A stretch of DNA of 64,000 bases. Origin: an uncultured Pseudomonadota bacterium (lineage in GTDB: Bacteria; Vulcanimicrobiota; Vulcanimicrobiia; Eremiobacterales; Eremiobacteraceae). Position numbers and translations under genes: made by a program. Positions within the stretch are counted from its first letter, which is position 1. Each line of letters opens with the position of its first letter. The stretch lies in contig CAVTNB010000001.1 in assembly GCA_963736005.1 (NCBI GenBank), positions 1,792,001 through 1,856,000 of the forward strand, given 5' to 3'. Below are positions 1-12,500 of the stretch, one piece after another. Under the pieces are notes generated by a model. It did not search any database. It saw only the letters and a program-made list of their open reading frames with translations, and was not told where the DNA came from.

Positions 1-411
1 TTCGCGGCGCGATCCTTCCGGCGCGTACCCCACGACGTCCGCGGCGATCGTTTGCTGGGGAAGAGATTGGGCAAGTGCCAGCATGCGACGCAACTCGACA
101 TTCTCGATGGCGTGCTCTTTGAGCCGCTCGTTTGTCGCTGCAAGTTCCTGCACTTTGCGCTGGAGTGCGCCGTTGCGCGATGCCATTTCGCCAGCATGGG
201 TAAGATTGGCGAAATCGATCGCTATCGCAGAACCCGTTTGCACGATCGCGTTTTGCAACGGCGTGACGATCGTGTTGACGATCTGATCGCTCAAGCTGCG
301 CTGTCCTTGCCGAGCCGCGTTGATTTCAAGCAGCATGGCGGCGGACGCAAGAATGATCAGCGTGACGAAGACGAGGAGTTTTCTCTCATCCCAAAACGAA
401 ACGATCGCCAC
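1..411 (-). CDS. mreC: Rod shape-determining protein MreC (3' part outside window)
   Basis: Not in ORF track (runs off the edge). Manual translation from GTG at 411 (or 414): VAIVSFWDERKLLVFVTLIILASAAMLLE...LQRKVQELAATNERLKEHAIENVELRRML..., i.e. TM segment then coiled coil with EN.ELR.ML; directly downstream of mreB. Confidence 0.85.
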   Translation of the reverse strand, partial: MAIVSFWDERKLLVFVTLIILASAAMLLEINAARQGQRSLSDQIVNTIVTPLQNAIVQTGSAIAIDFANLTHAGEMASRNGALQRKVQELAATNERLKEHAIENVELRRMLALAQSLPQQTIAADVVGYAPEGSRRE

Positions 412-1460
412 CACCTACCGATCAGTGACTGCGGTGTCGGAAACAAGGCTGCAAAAAGCTTGCGATCGCGCAGGATTTGCGCCGCTCCGACCGCGACGCT
501 CAGCATCGGCTGATCGGCCGCACGCACTGGAATGCCCGTGATCAGCGCAAGTGTTTCTGCGAGTCCCGCGATTGCTGCACCGCCGCCCGCTAGGACGATG
601 CCGTTTTCAGAGAGATCGCGGACGATTTCGGGCGGCGTTTGCTCCAAGATAGCTCGCACGACGTCCACGATTTGACCGAGCGGTTCGGCCATCGCGGCTC
701 CGACATCTTCCTCGCGCACTTCGAGCGTTCCCGGCCGCAGGTGACGCGTGTCTTGACCCATGACCGTGACGGGTGCGCGGCCGAGTGGGCGGCCGTAGTA
801 CCCAAGTGCGATCTTGAGTGACTCGGCGGTTCGCTCGCCGATGTGAAAACTGCGCGTCGCGCGCAAATAAGAGATGATGGCATCGTCGAGGTGGTCCCCG
901 CCCAGTTTGAGCGACCGAGCCGCCACCATGCCGCCGAGCGAGATAATCGCGAGCTCCGTCGTGCCGCCGCCAATATCAATGATCATGCTGCCGAGCGCCT
1001 CGAGCACCGGCAGCCCCGCGCCGATTGCCGCGGCCATTGCCTGGGGGACGAAATAGACGCGGCCCGCGCCGGCGCCCTTTGCCGCTTCGCGCACCGCTTT
1101 TTTTTCAACCTCAGTCGCGGAGCCGGGGACGCCCACGATGACGCGCGGCGGTACGATGGATTTTCCGCGCAACGCGCGCTCGAGCAGCATGCTGACCAGC
1201 GCCTCGGTATAGCGATAGTTTGAAATCACGCCGTTGCGCAAAGGCCGAATAACGGTGATGGTACGCGGCGTCCGGCCGATCATTTGCTTCGCGCCCTCGC
1301 CGACCGTGAGGATCTGCCCGGTATCGGTGTCGATGGCAACCATGGTTGGCTCGACGAAGCGCACGCCGTGACCGCGAACGTGTACTGGGGTGTTCGCGGT
1401 GCCGAGATCGATGCTAACTTCGGGAGCGATGTGCGCGTAAAGGCGCTCAAAGAGAATCAT
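357..1460 (-). CDS. mreB: Rod shape-determining protein MreB (divergent)
   Basis: IDLGTANT, IRPLRNGVI, DIGGGTT, IGERTAE, GGGA actin-fold motifs; maf-mreB-mreC context. Confidence 0.93.
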   Translation of the reverse strand: MILFERLYAHIAPEVSIDLGTANTPVHVRGHGVRFVEPTMVAIDTDTGQILTVGEGAKQMIGRTPRTITVIRPLRNGVISNYRYTEALVSMLLERALRGKSIVPPRVIVGVPGSATEVEKKAVREAAKGAGAGRVYFVPQAMAAAIGAGLPVLEALGSMIIDIGGGTTELAIISLGGMVAARSLKLGGDHLDDAIISYLRATRSFHIGERTAESLKIALGYYGRPLGRAPVTVMGQDTRHLRPGTLEVREEDVGAAMAEPLGQIVDVVRAILEQTPPEIVRDLSENGIVLAGGGAAIAGLAETLALITGIPVRAADQPMLSVAVGAAQILRDRKLFAALFPTPQSLIGRWWRSFRFGMRENSSSSSR

Positions 1461-2050
1461 GGGACGAGAACATTATAGCCGAGTTCGCGCAACGCGGCAC
1501 CGATGCGGGCGAGCGGCAGTCCCATGACTGTGTAAAAGTCGCCGCTGATGGAAGCGACCAGCAGCCCGCCACGGCCCTGTATGCCGTACGCACCCGCTTT
1601 GTCAAGCGGATCGCGGGTCGCAACATAGTTGGCAATGTCCTCATCGCTCAGCGGCATGAATTTGACTGACGTAGACTCAACGCCGCTGACGCTCTTGCCG
1701 CAAGCGCGGTCAACCACGGCAAAGCCCGTGAAGACGCGGTGCTCGCGCCCCGACAACTGATGCAACATGTCGCGCGCTTGGGCTTCATCGCGCGGTTTGC
1801 CGAGCAACTCGCCGTTGATGACCACGATCGTATCGGCCGCTACGAGGAGCGGTGGTCCGCTGGCGGCTGCCTTTTGCGCCTTGCCCAGCGCGTGTCCTAA
1901 AGCCGTTGCCGTTGGATCGCTTGCATCGGCGTGCGTTTGCTCGACATAGGCGCTCGGCACAACTTCGACGCTCAGCCCGAGACTCTCAAGCAGCTCCTTA
2001 CGCCGCGGCGATTGCGAAGCGAGAGCGACCGCTCGCAGACGTTCACTCAT
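1457..2050 (-). CDS. maf: Maf-family nucleoside triphosphate pyrophosphatase
   Basis: LASQSPRR, AADTIV, LGKP, DKAGAYGIQG; start trimmed to ATG at 2050, overlapping upstream stop. Confidence 0.93.
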   Translation of the reverse strand: MSERLRAVALASQSPRRKELLESLGLSVEVVPSAYVEQTHADASDPTATALGHALGKAQKAAASGPPLLVAADTIVVINGELLGKPRDEAQARDMLHQLSGREHRVFTGFAVVDRACGKSVSGVESTSVKFMPLSDEDIANYVATRDPLDKAGAYGIQGRGGLLVASISGDFYTVMGLPLARIGAALRELGYNVLVP

Positions 2051-2465
2051 AGAGGTGCCCACCGACTTCGACGAAGCCAGGTTGGTGGCGCATCCGCAGG
2101 TCGCGGTGCGTCCAGTGGAGCACGGGGCCGAGTTCATTGAAGGCGAGTTCACCTTTGACGATGACATGGTCGCCCTTTTGCAAAGGCGCTGCCGAGCCAA
2201 CGGAAATGTTGTCGGCGACAAAAAGGGGCAAACTTGTCTTCCCGCTTGTCACCTGTACGATAAAGCGCTCGTGGAGGCCACTGGGTCCAGCGGACGTTGG
2301 CAAGACGCTCACGATCGTTCCCTCGACGACTAGCTCCGCGCCGCTGTCGCGTTGCGCGATCTCGTGGAGAGCCGCTGCATTGTTGGCCGGCGGAGGCGCA
2401 AGCGAGCAGGCGCCCAACGTCAGGAGAATAAGCGCAATGTAGAGTCGCGAATTTATTCGCGACAT
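2043..2465 (-). CDS. DUF3465-like lipoprotein
   Basis: Lipobox-like LGAC, H.RF, vlHWTH.D...H.pGF motif; start trimmed to ATG at 2465. Confidence 0.7.
   Translation of the reverse strand: MSRINSRLYIALILLTLGACSLAPPPANNAAALHEIAQRDSGAELVVEGTIVSVLPTSAGPSGLHERFIVQVTSGKTSLPLFVADNISVGSAAPLQKGDHVIVKGELAFNELGPVLHWTHRDLRMRHQPGFVEVGGHLYE
2435..2463 (+). repeat. REP-like palindrome family B (GTAG-nn-TCGCGAATTTATTCGCGA)
   Basis: caatgtagagtcgcgaatttattcgcgac; near-identical to copies at 59186 and 59221. Confidence 0.85.
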
Positions 2466-2574
2466 CGGAGGCACGTGATGGCGATCACTCTCGTGAGATC
2501 GACCGAACGTTCGGAATTGTACTTCATCTCTCAATCAACTATAGTAGTGGATGGCAACACACCGTTGCCGCTTT

Positions 2575-2775
2575 CTATGCCTGGATTTCGCTCAGACGAT
2601 CCTTACTCTCGTGTTCTGGACGGGGCGCTCTCTTCCGGTCCGCGACTGCGCCGGCTTGTTCGCGCTGCCGGAAATATTCGTATTCTCCTGTTAGGCCAAC
2701 CAGGTCGCCGTGGGATTCCTCGATCGACTCGCCCGGTTGCGACGGGTACCTTCTCGTATCCCGCTTTCGGATCAA
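2575..2775 (-). CDS. Small hypothetical protein
   Basis: 66-aa charged ORF filling the gap between co-oriented genes; TTG start, no clear RBS, no recognised motif. Confidence 0.35.
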   Translation of the reverse strand: MIRKRDTRRYPSQPGESIEESHGDLVGLTGEYEYFRQREQAGAVADRKRAPRPEHESKDRLSEIQA

Positions 2776-2783
2776 ACTAGCTC

Positions 2784-2799
2784 ATGTGATCGCGCGACT

Positions 2800-2809
<10 letters not shown>
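2784..2809 (+). repeat. Degenerate REP family B copy overlapping the nadD stop
   Basis: atgtgatcgcgcgactttattcgcgc resembles atgtagtgtcgcgaatttattcgcga. Confidence 0.5.
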
Positions 2810-5050
<2,241 letters not shown>

Positions 5051-5099
5051 GATGAAATACTCCTGGGATGGACGGATCGTCCAGAAATGGTGCCTGGGT

Positions 5100-5129
5100 A
5101 GTATAGCAAATCCAAGCGAATGCGGTCAA
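5100..5129 (-). promoter_or_regulatory. sigma70-type promoter of rpmA
   Basis: Minus strand TTGACC-N18-TATACT with TG at the extended -10 position. Confidence 0.6.
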
Positions 5130-5516
5130 ATCAGTTTGAGTCGGCCTCCACCCTTGCTTGTCAAATGAAGAAGCCGGTTGGCGGTAGATTTCTTGCTTGC
5201 CTACACAACCGGCTAGTATCGGTTTACCCGCTAAAACCAAATTGAGGCACTTTTCAGAGGGCAGTTACCCCACATCGTCCCCTCAACCGGAACGCATGGG
5301 CGCTCCGTATTTCTTCGTTCTCTTCATTATTATGGTCATCCGGCGCATCGATCTCCATTCCCATGAATTTCTTCTTTCTCGCTGCTTCGTTCTTCTCGTT
5401 TCATCGAGGCCTGCTCGCCCAATTCTTTTCTTTGATTCTCTTTTCGCTCGCGCTCTTCAACGAAGGGTACAGCGAAGGTGGCCGGCTACCGGCTCTCGTA
5501 AGCGCCAACGAAAATC

Positions 5517-6668
5517 ATGCATACCTCGTGTAAGCCGTATCTGATCGTTGCTTTTTGCCTTGTTCTGCTGACCTTATGGTGTGCACCGGCGTCGGCGCAG
5601 TGTGTGACCGCCAATGGCTCAAGCTCGACAGCGCAACGTCTCGCGCACATCATCTGCCATGACCAAGTTGCCGGCGGCGTGCAATCGGTCATCTTCGGCG
5701 CGTGGATGGGAGATACACCGATCCTCACCACAGCGCTTGGGTATTCCTTCACCGGCGTACCGGCCACAACGTCGATGCACTTTCGAGCCGGCATCATGCA
5801 GACCGAAGCTTTGACCACCATTCTCTTGCAACTCGTCGACCGTGGTGAAGTCTCGCTCAACTCGCCTATTTCGCGGTGGCTTCCATCGCTTCCCCACGCA
5901 GGCGAAGTGACACTGGGCATGCTGGCAAACTCACGGTCGGGTTACGGTGATTACCTGGCCGACAAGCGCGTTCTCAAAGTTTTTGAGGATAACCCATTCC
6001 AACCATTTACCCCAGACGAGCTCATCACGTACGCAATGGCACAGCCAATGGCGTTTAAGCCGGGAACGGGCTTTCACTATGCCCACACCAATCTCGTGAT
6101 CCTGGGCGCAGCGCTGCAAAAAATCACTGGTAAGTCCATCACGCAGCTCGTGCAGGAACGAATTATCACGCCGCTGCACCTGGGCGACACGCAGATACCG
6201 TCAAGTGCGGCGATCCCCCAACCCGTGCAGCACGCATTTTCGCGCGATCGCGGCGTGTATGAAGAATCGACGTATTTCGATCCTTCATGGGCTACGTTTT
6301 CTGGTACGATCACCTCGAACATCCACGACGTCGCCGTGTTTCAGCGTGCCCTCGGCAAAGGTGTGCTCCTCTCGAAGGCTGCGTTCGCTGCGCAGCTCGC
6401 TCCAACCAACGCTGGCAGCGGGCCAATGACAAAAAACCTCTACTACGGTCTTGGAGTCATCGTAGCGGATACTTGGATCTTGCAGCACGCGCGAGTGAGT
6501 GGTTATGATGTGGTGATGGCATATCTCCCCTCGCGTGACTTGACGATCGTCGTGTCAACGGCAATTGGTCCAACAAGCACGTCAAAGTCGGGCTACAGCG
6601 CGTCAATCTTCAAGGATGCTGCCAAGTATCTAGCTCCCGAACGGCCGATTCCCAGTCTCTTCACGTAG
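5517..6668 (+). CDS. Secreted beta-lactamase/serine-hydrolase family protein, catalytic motif degenerate
   Basis: Signal peptide, F.PG..F.Y...N, I..PL.L.DT, YGLG; SxxK position reads FRAGIMQTE. Confidence 0.85.
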   Translation: MHTSCKPYLIVAFCLVLLTLWCAPASAQCVTANGSSSTAQRLAHIICHDQVAGGVQSVIFGAWMGDTPILTTALGYSFTGVPATTSMHFRAGIMQTEALTTILLQLVDRGEVSLNSPISRWLPSLPHAGEVTLGMLANSRSGYGDYLADKRVLKVFEDNPFQPFTPDELITYAMAQPMAFKPGTGFHYAHTNLVILGAALQKITGKSITQLVQERIITPLHLGDTQIPSSAAIPQPVQHAFSRDRGVYEESTYFDPSWATFSGTITSNIHDVAVFQRALGKGVLLSKAAFAAQLAPTNAGSGPMTKNLYYGLGVIVADTWILQHARVSGYDVVMAYLPSRDLTIVVSTAIGPTSTSKSGYSASIFKDAAKYLAPERPIPSLFT

Positions 6669-9551
6669 ATGAGAGTAGGCTTGGTGCTCGCCGTAGCGGC
6701 TGCGTTCGCGATCCACTCCGGACCAACGCAGGCACAAGATGTTCTGCTTCCCACCGGTCAGTACTTGACGCCGACGGCGGCGCCTGGATCACAATTTGCG
6801 CGACTACGAACGCCCCTGCGTGCTGACGACAGCGCAGATGCTGACGGTGCAGTAGCGTCCGCAATCAGTCCCGATGGAACGGCGATGCTCGTCCTGACAA
6901 CGGGCTATGACAGTACGTATTTCACAGAAGCGGGGAAACCGATTGTCCACGCGGTGCTCGATCCACTCACAGGATTTGCATCAAAGACGACTACACCCGC
7001 GGCACAATGGATTTTTGTCTATGACGTACGGGGGCCACAGCCGCACCTAGCGCACCTGATCAACATTCCACTGAGCTACAACGGCATCGCATGGGATCCG
7101 CTCGGCCGCCGCTTTTACGTGTCCGGGGGCCCTGACGATCGCGTGTATGTGTTCAAAGCCATTCGCGGACCGTCGGTCTCCGCCGAACAAACTTGGATTG
7201 CGGATGCGCCATTCATCGAATTGGGCCACAATTCGCGCCAAGACTTGCCGCTGTCAACCCAAGACGGCGGATTGCTCAAGAACACGCGAGCGGGCGGCGC
7301 GGCAGCCCGCACGCAAAATCTTCCATTCCCAGCGATCGCCGCGGGGGTGGCGACGAGCGCCGACGGCAAGATGCTCTACATCGCGAACATGCAAAATGAC
7401 TCGGTCTCTGTTGTCGACATTGCCCGCCGTCGGGTCTTGCGGGAGATTCGCTTCTTTTCGCCGGGGAGCCGCACGCCGCGCGGAGAGTATCCATTTTGGG
7501 TCGTAGCAAAGTGTGACGCGACCGGCGCCGCGGTCAAGATCTACACAAGCAGTTTGCGCGATGGCGAAATTATCGTGACCTCCGCGAGCGGTCTACGCGA
7601 GATCGAAGTCGGCGGCGAACCAAACAAGATGGTGCTCGCCCCCGATGGCCGCCATCTCTATGTCGCCAACGGCGATCTTGATGCCGTTGACGTCATCGAC
7701 ACGCTCACCGATCGCGTGGAGCAGACGATCTCCTTGCTGCGTCCAGGTTTCCGGTATTTGGGTGCAAATCCAAATGCGCTCGCCTTGAGTCCACATGGTG
7801 ACCGGCTCTATGTGACTCTCGGCGGCGAGAACGCTCTGGCCATCATCGACACGGCAAGCGCCAAGGTGCTCGGGCGCATTCCAACAGGCTGGTATCCGAG
7901 CAGCGTCAGCGTGAGTCAAGATGGCCGTACGCTGTATGTCGTCAACACGAAATCGCCCTCTGGCCCGACGCACTACAAGGTCGACGACGCCGACAATCCG
8001 TTGACGCTGCCACGCGGATTGAACGGCTACGTCTTCAATCTTGAAAAGGCAGGATTACTGAGCCTGCCCGTGCCGGATGCCGCGACCCTCGCTCATCTTT
8101 CCGGGGTGGTCGACACAAACAATGGATTCCAGCCACGTCGTGAACCAGACATTATGGCGTTTCTACATAAAAAGATCACGCACGTCATCTACATCATGAA
8201 AGAAAACCGCACGTACGATCAAGTGTTGGGTGATCTCACTCCAGGCAACGGTGATCCGCACCTCGTGCAATTCGGCCGGCTTCTGACTCCCAACAACCAT
8301 AAGCTTGCCTCTGACTTTGTCACCTTAGACAATTTCTACGCGAGCGGTGACGTCAGCGGCGACGGATGGAGCTGGACGCTGCAAGGGCGCACGAACGACT
8401 ACAACGCGAAGACCGTTGCCTTCGTCTACGGCAACGGCGGCTTTACCAATGAATGGCAAGGCGAGCCTCGCAACATCAATATGTCGCTGCCATTGTTCGG
8501 TTCGCCAACTCCCTACGGCGAGCGCATCACCACACTGTTCGATCCGAGCGGCGACTCGACCATCTTGCCTGGCACAAAGGACATCGGGGCGACCGAAGGT
8601 GCGAGTGACTTAGGGCTCTCTGCCCGAGGTGGCTTCATTTGGGATGCCGTGCTGCGAGCCGGACTCACCCATCGCCACTACGGCGTGTACACGAGTATGC
8701 TTTTTTACGATCGAAAGGCGCCATATTATTTACGGATTTCGCGCACGCCGTTCGCATCCCACATCATCCAGGCCATCCCGGTGCAATCGGAACTGTGGGG
8801 TCGAACCGATCTGTACTACCGCGGCTGGGATCTCGACGTTCCCGACCAGTATCGCTTTGAAGAATGGAAGCGCGAGTTCGACGGCTATGTGAAGCACCAC
8901 AACCTGCCAAGTTTCGAAATGGTTGACCTTCCCACGGATCATTTCGGCAACTTTAGGACCAACGTGGGCGGCACGAACACACCGGAATCGCAAATCGCGG
9001 GCAACGACTACGCCTTAGGCGAGCTAGTTGAGGCCGTCAGCAAATCGCCTTATTGGAAAGATACCGCTATCTTTGTGGTGGAGGACGACGCGCAGGACGG
9101 GCCGGATCACGTCGATTCTCATCGCACGGTGGCCCACGTCATCTCCGCGTACACGAAGCGCCACGCGGTCGTGTCGACATTCTACACAACCGTCGCGATG
9201 CTGCGCACGATCGAAGATATCTTGGGCATTGACCACTTAGGGCTGTTCGATAAGAACGCCGCTCCGATGTCGGATGTTTTTAGTCGCACCGTCGATGCGG
9301 AGCCATACAAGCCGGTCATCCCCGGGATCCTGTGCAAGCCGCCCGTAAAAAGCAACCTCGTACCCAACTGTCACGATCCGGTTGCGGCCAAGACCAAAGC
9401 GCTCGCGCCTCTGCACGATGGCGCGTGGTGGGCACGCGCCACCCTGGGTTTTGATTTCAAAAAACCAGATGCAGTTGATAGCGGCGCTTTCAACCAAATA
9501 CTTTGGATCGGGACGCAAGGTACAACGCGGAGTGCGCCGAGGATGCCCTAA
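6669..9551 (+). CDS. Secreted YVTN/YncE beta-propeller plus phosphoesterase (alkaline phosphatase superfamily) protein
   Basis: Repeated SPDG..LYV.N blades, IPTGWYP, IYIMKENRTYDQVLGD, EDDAQDGPDHVDSHR. Confidence 0.9.
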   Translation: MRVGLVLAVAAAFAIHSGPTQAQDVLLPTGQYLTPTAAPGSQFARLRTPLRADDSADADGAVASAISPDGTAMLVLTTGYDSTYFTEAGKPIVHAVLDPLTGFASKTTTPAAQWIFVYDVRGPQPHLAHLINIPLSYNGIAWDPLGRRFYVSGGPDDRVYVFKAIRGPSVSAEQTWIADAPFIELGHNSRQDLPLSTQDGGLLKNTRAGGAAARTQNLPFPAIAAGVATSADGKMLYIANMQNDSVSVVDIARRRVLREIRFFSPGSRTPRGEYPFWVVAKCDATGAAVKIYTSSLRDGEIIVTSASGLREIEVGGEPNKMVLAPDGRHLYVANGDLDAVDVIDTLTDRVEQTISLLRPGFRYLGANPNALALSPHGDRLYVTLGGENALAIIDTASAKVLGRIPTGWYPSSVSVSQDGRTLYVVNTKSPSGPTHYKVDDADNPLTLPRGLNGYVFNLEKAGLLSLPVPDAATLAHLSGVVDTNNGFQPRREPDIMAFLHKKITHVIYIMKENRTYDQVLGDLTPGNGDPHLVQFGRLLTPNNHKLASDFVTLDNFYASGDVSGDGWSWTLQGRTNDYNAKTVAFVYGNGGFTNEWQGEPRNINMSLPLFGSPTPYGERITTLFDPSGDSTILPGTKDIGATEGASDLGLSARGGFIWDAVLRAGLTHRHYGVYTSMLFYDRKAPYYLRISRTPFASHIIQAIPVQSELWGRTDLYYRGWDLDVPDQYRFEEWKREFDGYVKHHNLPSFEMVDLPTDHFGNFRTNVGGTNTPESQIAGNDYALGELVEAVSKSPYWKDTAIFVVEDDAQDGPDHVDSHRTVAHVISAYTKRHAVVSTFYTTVAMLRTIEDILGIDHLGLFDKNAAPMSDVFSRTVDAEPYKPVIPGILCKPPVKSNLVPNCHDPVAAKTKALAPLHDGAWWARATLGFDFKKPDAVDSGAFNQILWIGTQGTTRSAPRMP

Positions 9552-12500
9552 TAGTTCATGCTGTAGAAAAGCGTATATAAGCGCGGCGGCCCATCTGGCT
9601 CCGCTTCGTACGGATACGCGCTCTGATTGTACATGAACGGTTCGAAGGGAGCATTCGTGTTGATTCCCGAGCCGGGCCCATATGCCCCAATGCCCTGAGG
9701 TACGTAGTACAAGTTCGCCGGAATCGTTGTTGGCGAGTAGTTTCCCAACAGATTCTCAACACGCAACCCAATTTCGGAATTGTGCTTGGTCGCGCCAAGC
9801 GTGTGCGACAGGCTCAGATCCACGGTGGCGATTGCCGGCCCAAACAAACTTCCAGGATCAGGCCCCTCAGGAGTTCCGCGCGAGCTCACGATATTTGGGT
9901 GTTCCATCGTTCCCGGGTTGGTGGGATCGGTGAAGTAGTAGGCCTCAGAAGACGTCGCCGCAGCCAGGTCGGTATTGAGCACCTGTTCGGGTTGCCCGTT
10001 CGCTGCAAAGACGAACGTCTTCGTCCCAACGCCGTAGCGATAACCGGATTCGTAGCTAATCGTCGTGGATGCATGCCAACCATTGCTTGTGTTGTACACG
10101 AGATTGAGGGTGCCGGTAACGGGCGCCACATAGGTAATGTGGAAAAAATGATTGGCGGCGAGCGCAGCAGCGTTCACACTGGGGAAGAAGTCGCCGTCGT
10201 AGTTGGCCAGCGTGTTGTCGTAGGTGGCGTCGAGCAATCCCGAAAACCCAACGTCCGCATCTCGTTGGAGCGCGAACTCAATCCCAGTGTTTTCATTGAT
10301 GCCGGCATTTTCTTCTTTGGCCGGCCCGAACACGGGAGTGCCGCTTTGGAGAGTGAAGAGCAGCGGTTGATTACCAACGACGTAGTTGGATCCCTTGCGA
10401 TAGTACGGCGTGATGCGCAGCTCGATGCCTCGGCCGAAATCATGTTCAAAAGAGAAGTCAGCATTCACAGCTGTTTGCGGCAGCACGGGCGTGTATTGCG
10501 CGAAGTTGTTTGTCGTCAAATCAATCAGGACTTGCTGATACAGATTGGAGATATGATTGGTCGTGCCGAAGCCCGGCAGCGGGAGAAAACAGCCATTTGC
10601 TATGTTGCAGTTTTGCAGCGATAAGGGCACGTTATACGAGTCCTGCAGGGCAGCCAGGGGAACGAACTCGATGTTCTTGCCATACGAGAAGCGCACCGTA
10701 TCGCGCGACGTCAGTTCGTAACTTGCGGCCAAACGCGGGCTGATCTGTTGGGGGCGGCTGACGTCCGCTCCAATCGAAGCACCGGGCATGGTGACCACGT
10801 CGCACAGGGGCGTCGGCGGTGCGTAGATGGCTGTGCAACCTGCCGGCTGGGTGTCATTGATGAAGTAGGTTGTGTTCTGCTGCGCAGCATCCGCGGGGAA
10901 GCCGACGAGTTCTTGATCCCAGCGCAACCCGTAGGTCACGGTGACTCGCTCGTTGGGCTGCCAGCGATCCTTCACCCACACATCCCATTTGTGCACAGGA
11001 TCGTTGGCATAGCCTGAGTTGTCGACGTAGGTACTCAGCGGAGCATGAGCGCGGTCGACCGGAAGGCCCAGCGCCAAAGCATTGTTGATCGCTGCGTTGT
11101 ACGGCGCGATGTAACAGCCGCCATAACCGGGCGTTGAGGTGGTTCCGTCGGCAACCAGCGTCGGCGCTACTTGCGGGCAACCAAGGTCTTCGAGCGGCTC
11201 GTCAAACGGCTCAAAACTTGGAAAGCCTATCCAGTAGTTGGTTGTGTATTGCCCACCGTCTGCGCCCAGGCTGATCTCATTTTTGCTCGTTAACTGGCTC
11301 GTGTAATCGAACGCCTCACCAATCTCAGTCGTCTGTTCATTGAAGAAACTGTCGCTGAAAGAGCCGAGGTCGTACGCATACCAGTCGATCCAGTTCAGAT
11401 AATTCTTGAAGACCCGTACCTCACCGAAGCTCGAGGGCGTCAGTTGCCGCTTGAAATTCAGCTTCTCAATGACCGAGTTGAACGTTTGGGTATCAAATTG
11501 ATTCGTGTTCTGCTGGTATCCGGCCTGACCGGGAATGAACGTAATGTAGTTGCTTTGGTACGTGGGAAATTGGCCGAGCAAGAACGGATCGCTTGAGGCC
11601 TGCACGTTGCCGTTGTTCGACGCATAGGGTGCAAACGGGGGACTGGCCAGATAGTTGAAGTCGAACGTTTCCGCACTCAAGTTTGTGAGGAACTGAACTT
11701 CGCTCTTGTTGTCGGCGCCGAAGTGATAAAACAAGTTCAAAATGTCATCATTGAGGCCGGTGAAGACCGCTTGCCCGAGCTGCAGTGGGAGAAGCGTGTG
11801 CCGATCCCCGTAGTCGCTCGCATCGCGCTCTCCTCCGTAGGAAAGATAATAACTGAAGCGGTTGCTGGGCGTCGCGGCTCCGTAATCGAAGGAAAGCTCG
11901 TGCCCGTAGGTCGGGCCATCCAAGCGCAGCGTCGCCTCACCCGCGGGCGGGTACGTGCCACGCTTGATGACCTCGTTAATGACCCCTGAGTTGGTATTGC
12001 CATTGCTGACGTCATAGCCGCCAGTCGACAGCTGCACGCTGCGCGCACCATTGAGGGTCAGGGCGTTCAGGAACTCTCCGGAACCGATCTCCGTGTTGTC
12101 CACGCCGTCGAGCTCGTACCCGACATCGTTCTCCGCACCGGCGCGAATCGTTGGAAAGCCTGCGTTATCCGTCGTTACTCCCGGCAGCGAGTTGAACGCC
12201 TGAAAGCCATTGAGATCCTGAGGCGTGCCGTTAATGTCGGAAAGGCGCTGCTCGTTGACAACGTAGGTGTCAGCGGTGACGGTTGGCTGGATGAGCGACA
12301 TGGAACTACGCACGGTGACATGGCCGAGCAACTTGACGCCGGTCTGGAGACGGACGTTCACGCGGTTGACCTGGTCTTGCGTCGTGGTGACGCCAAAAAC
12401 GATCGCGGTTTGATATCCGTCCTTTGAGAACGCAACGGAATACGTATCGAGCGGCAGACCGTTCAGCGAATAAAAGCCATTCGCTCCGGCAGTTGTCGTG

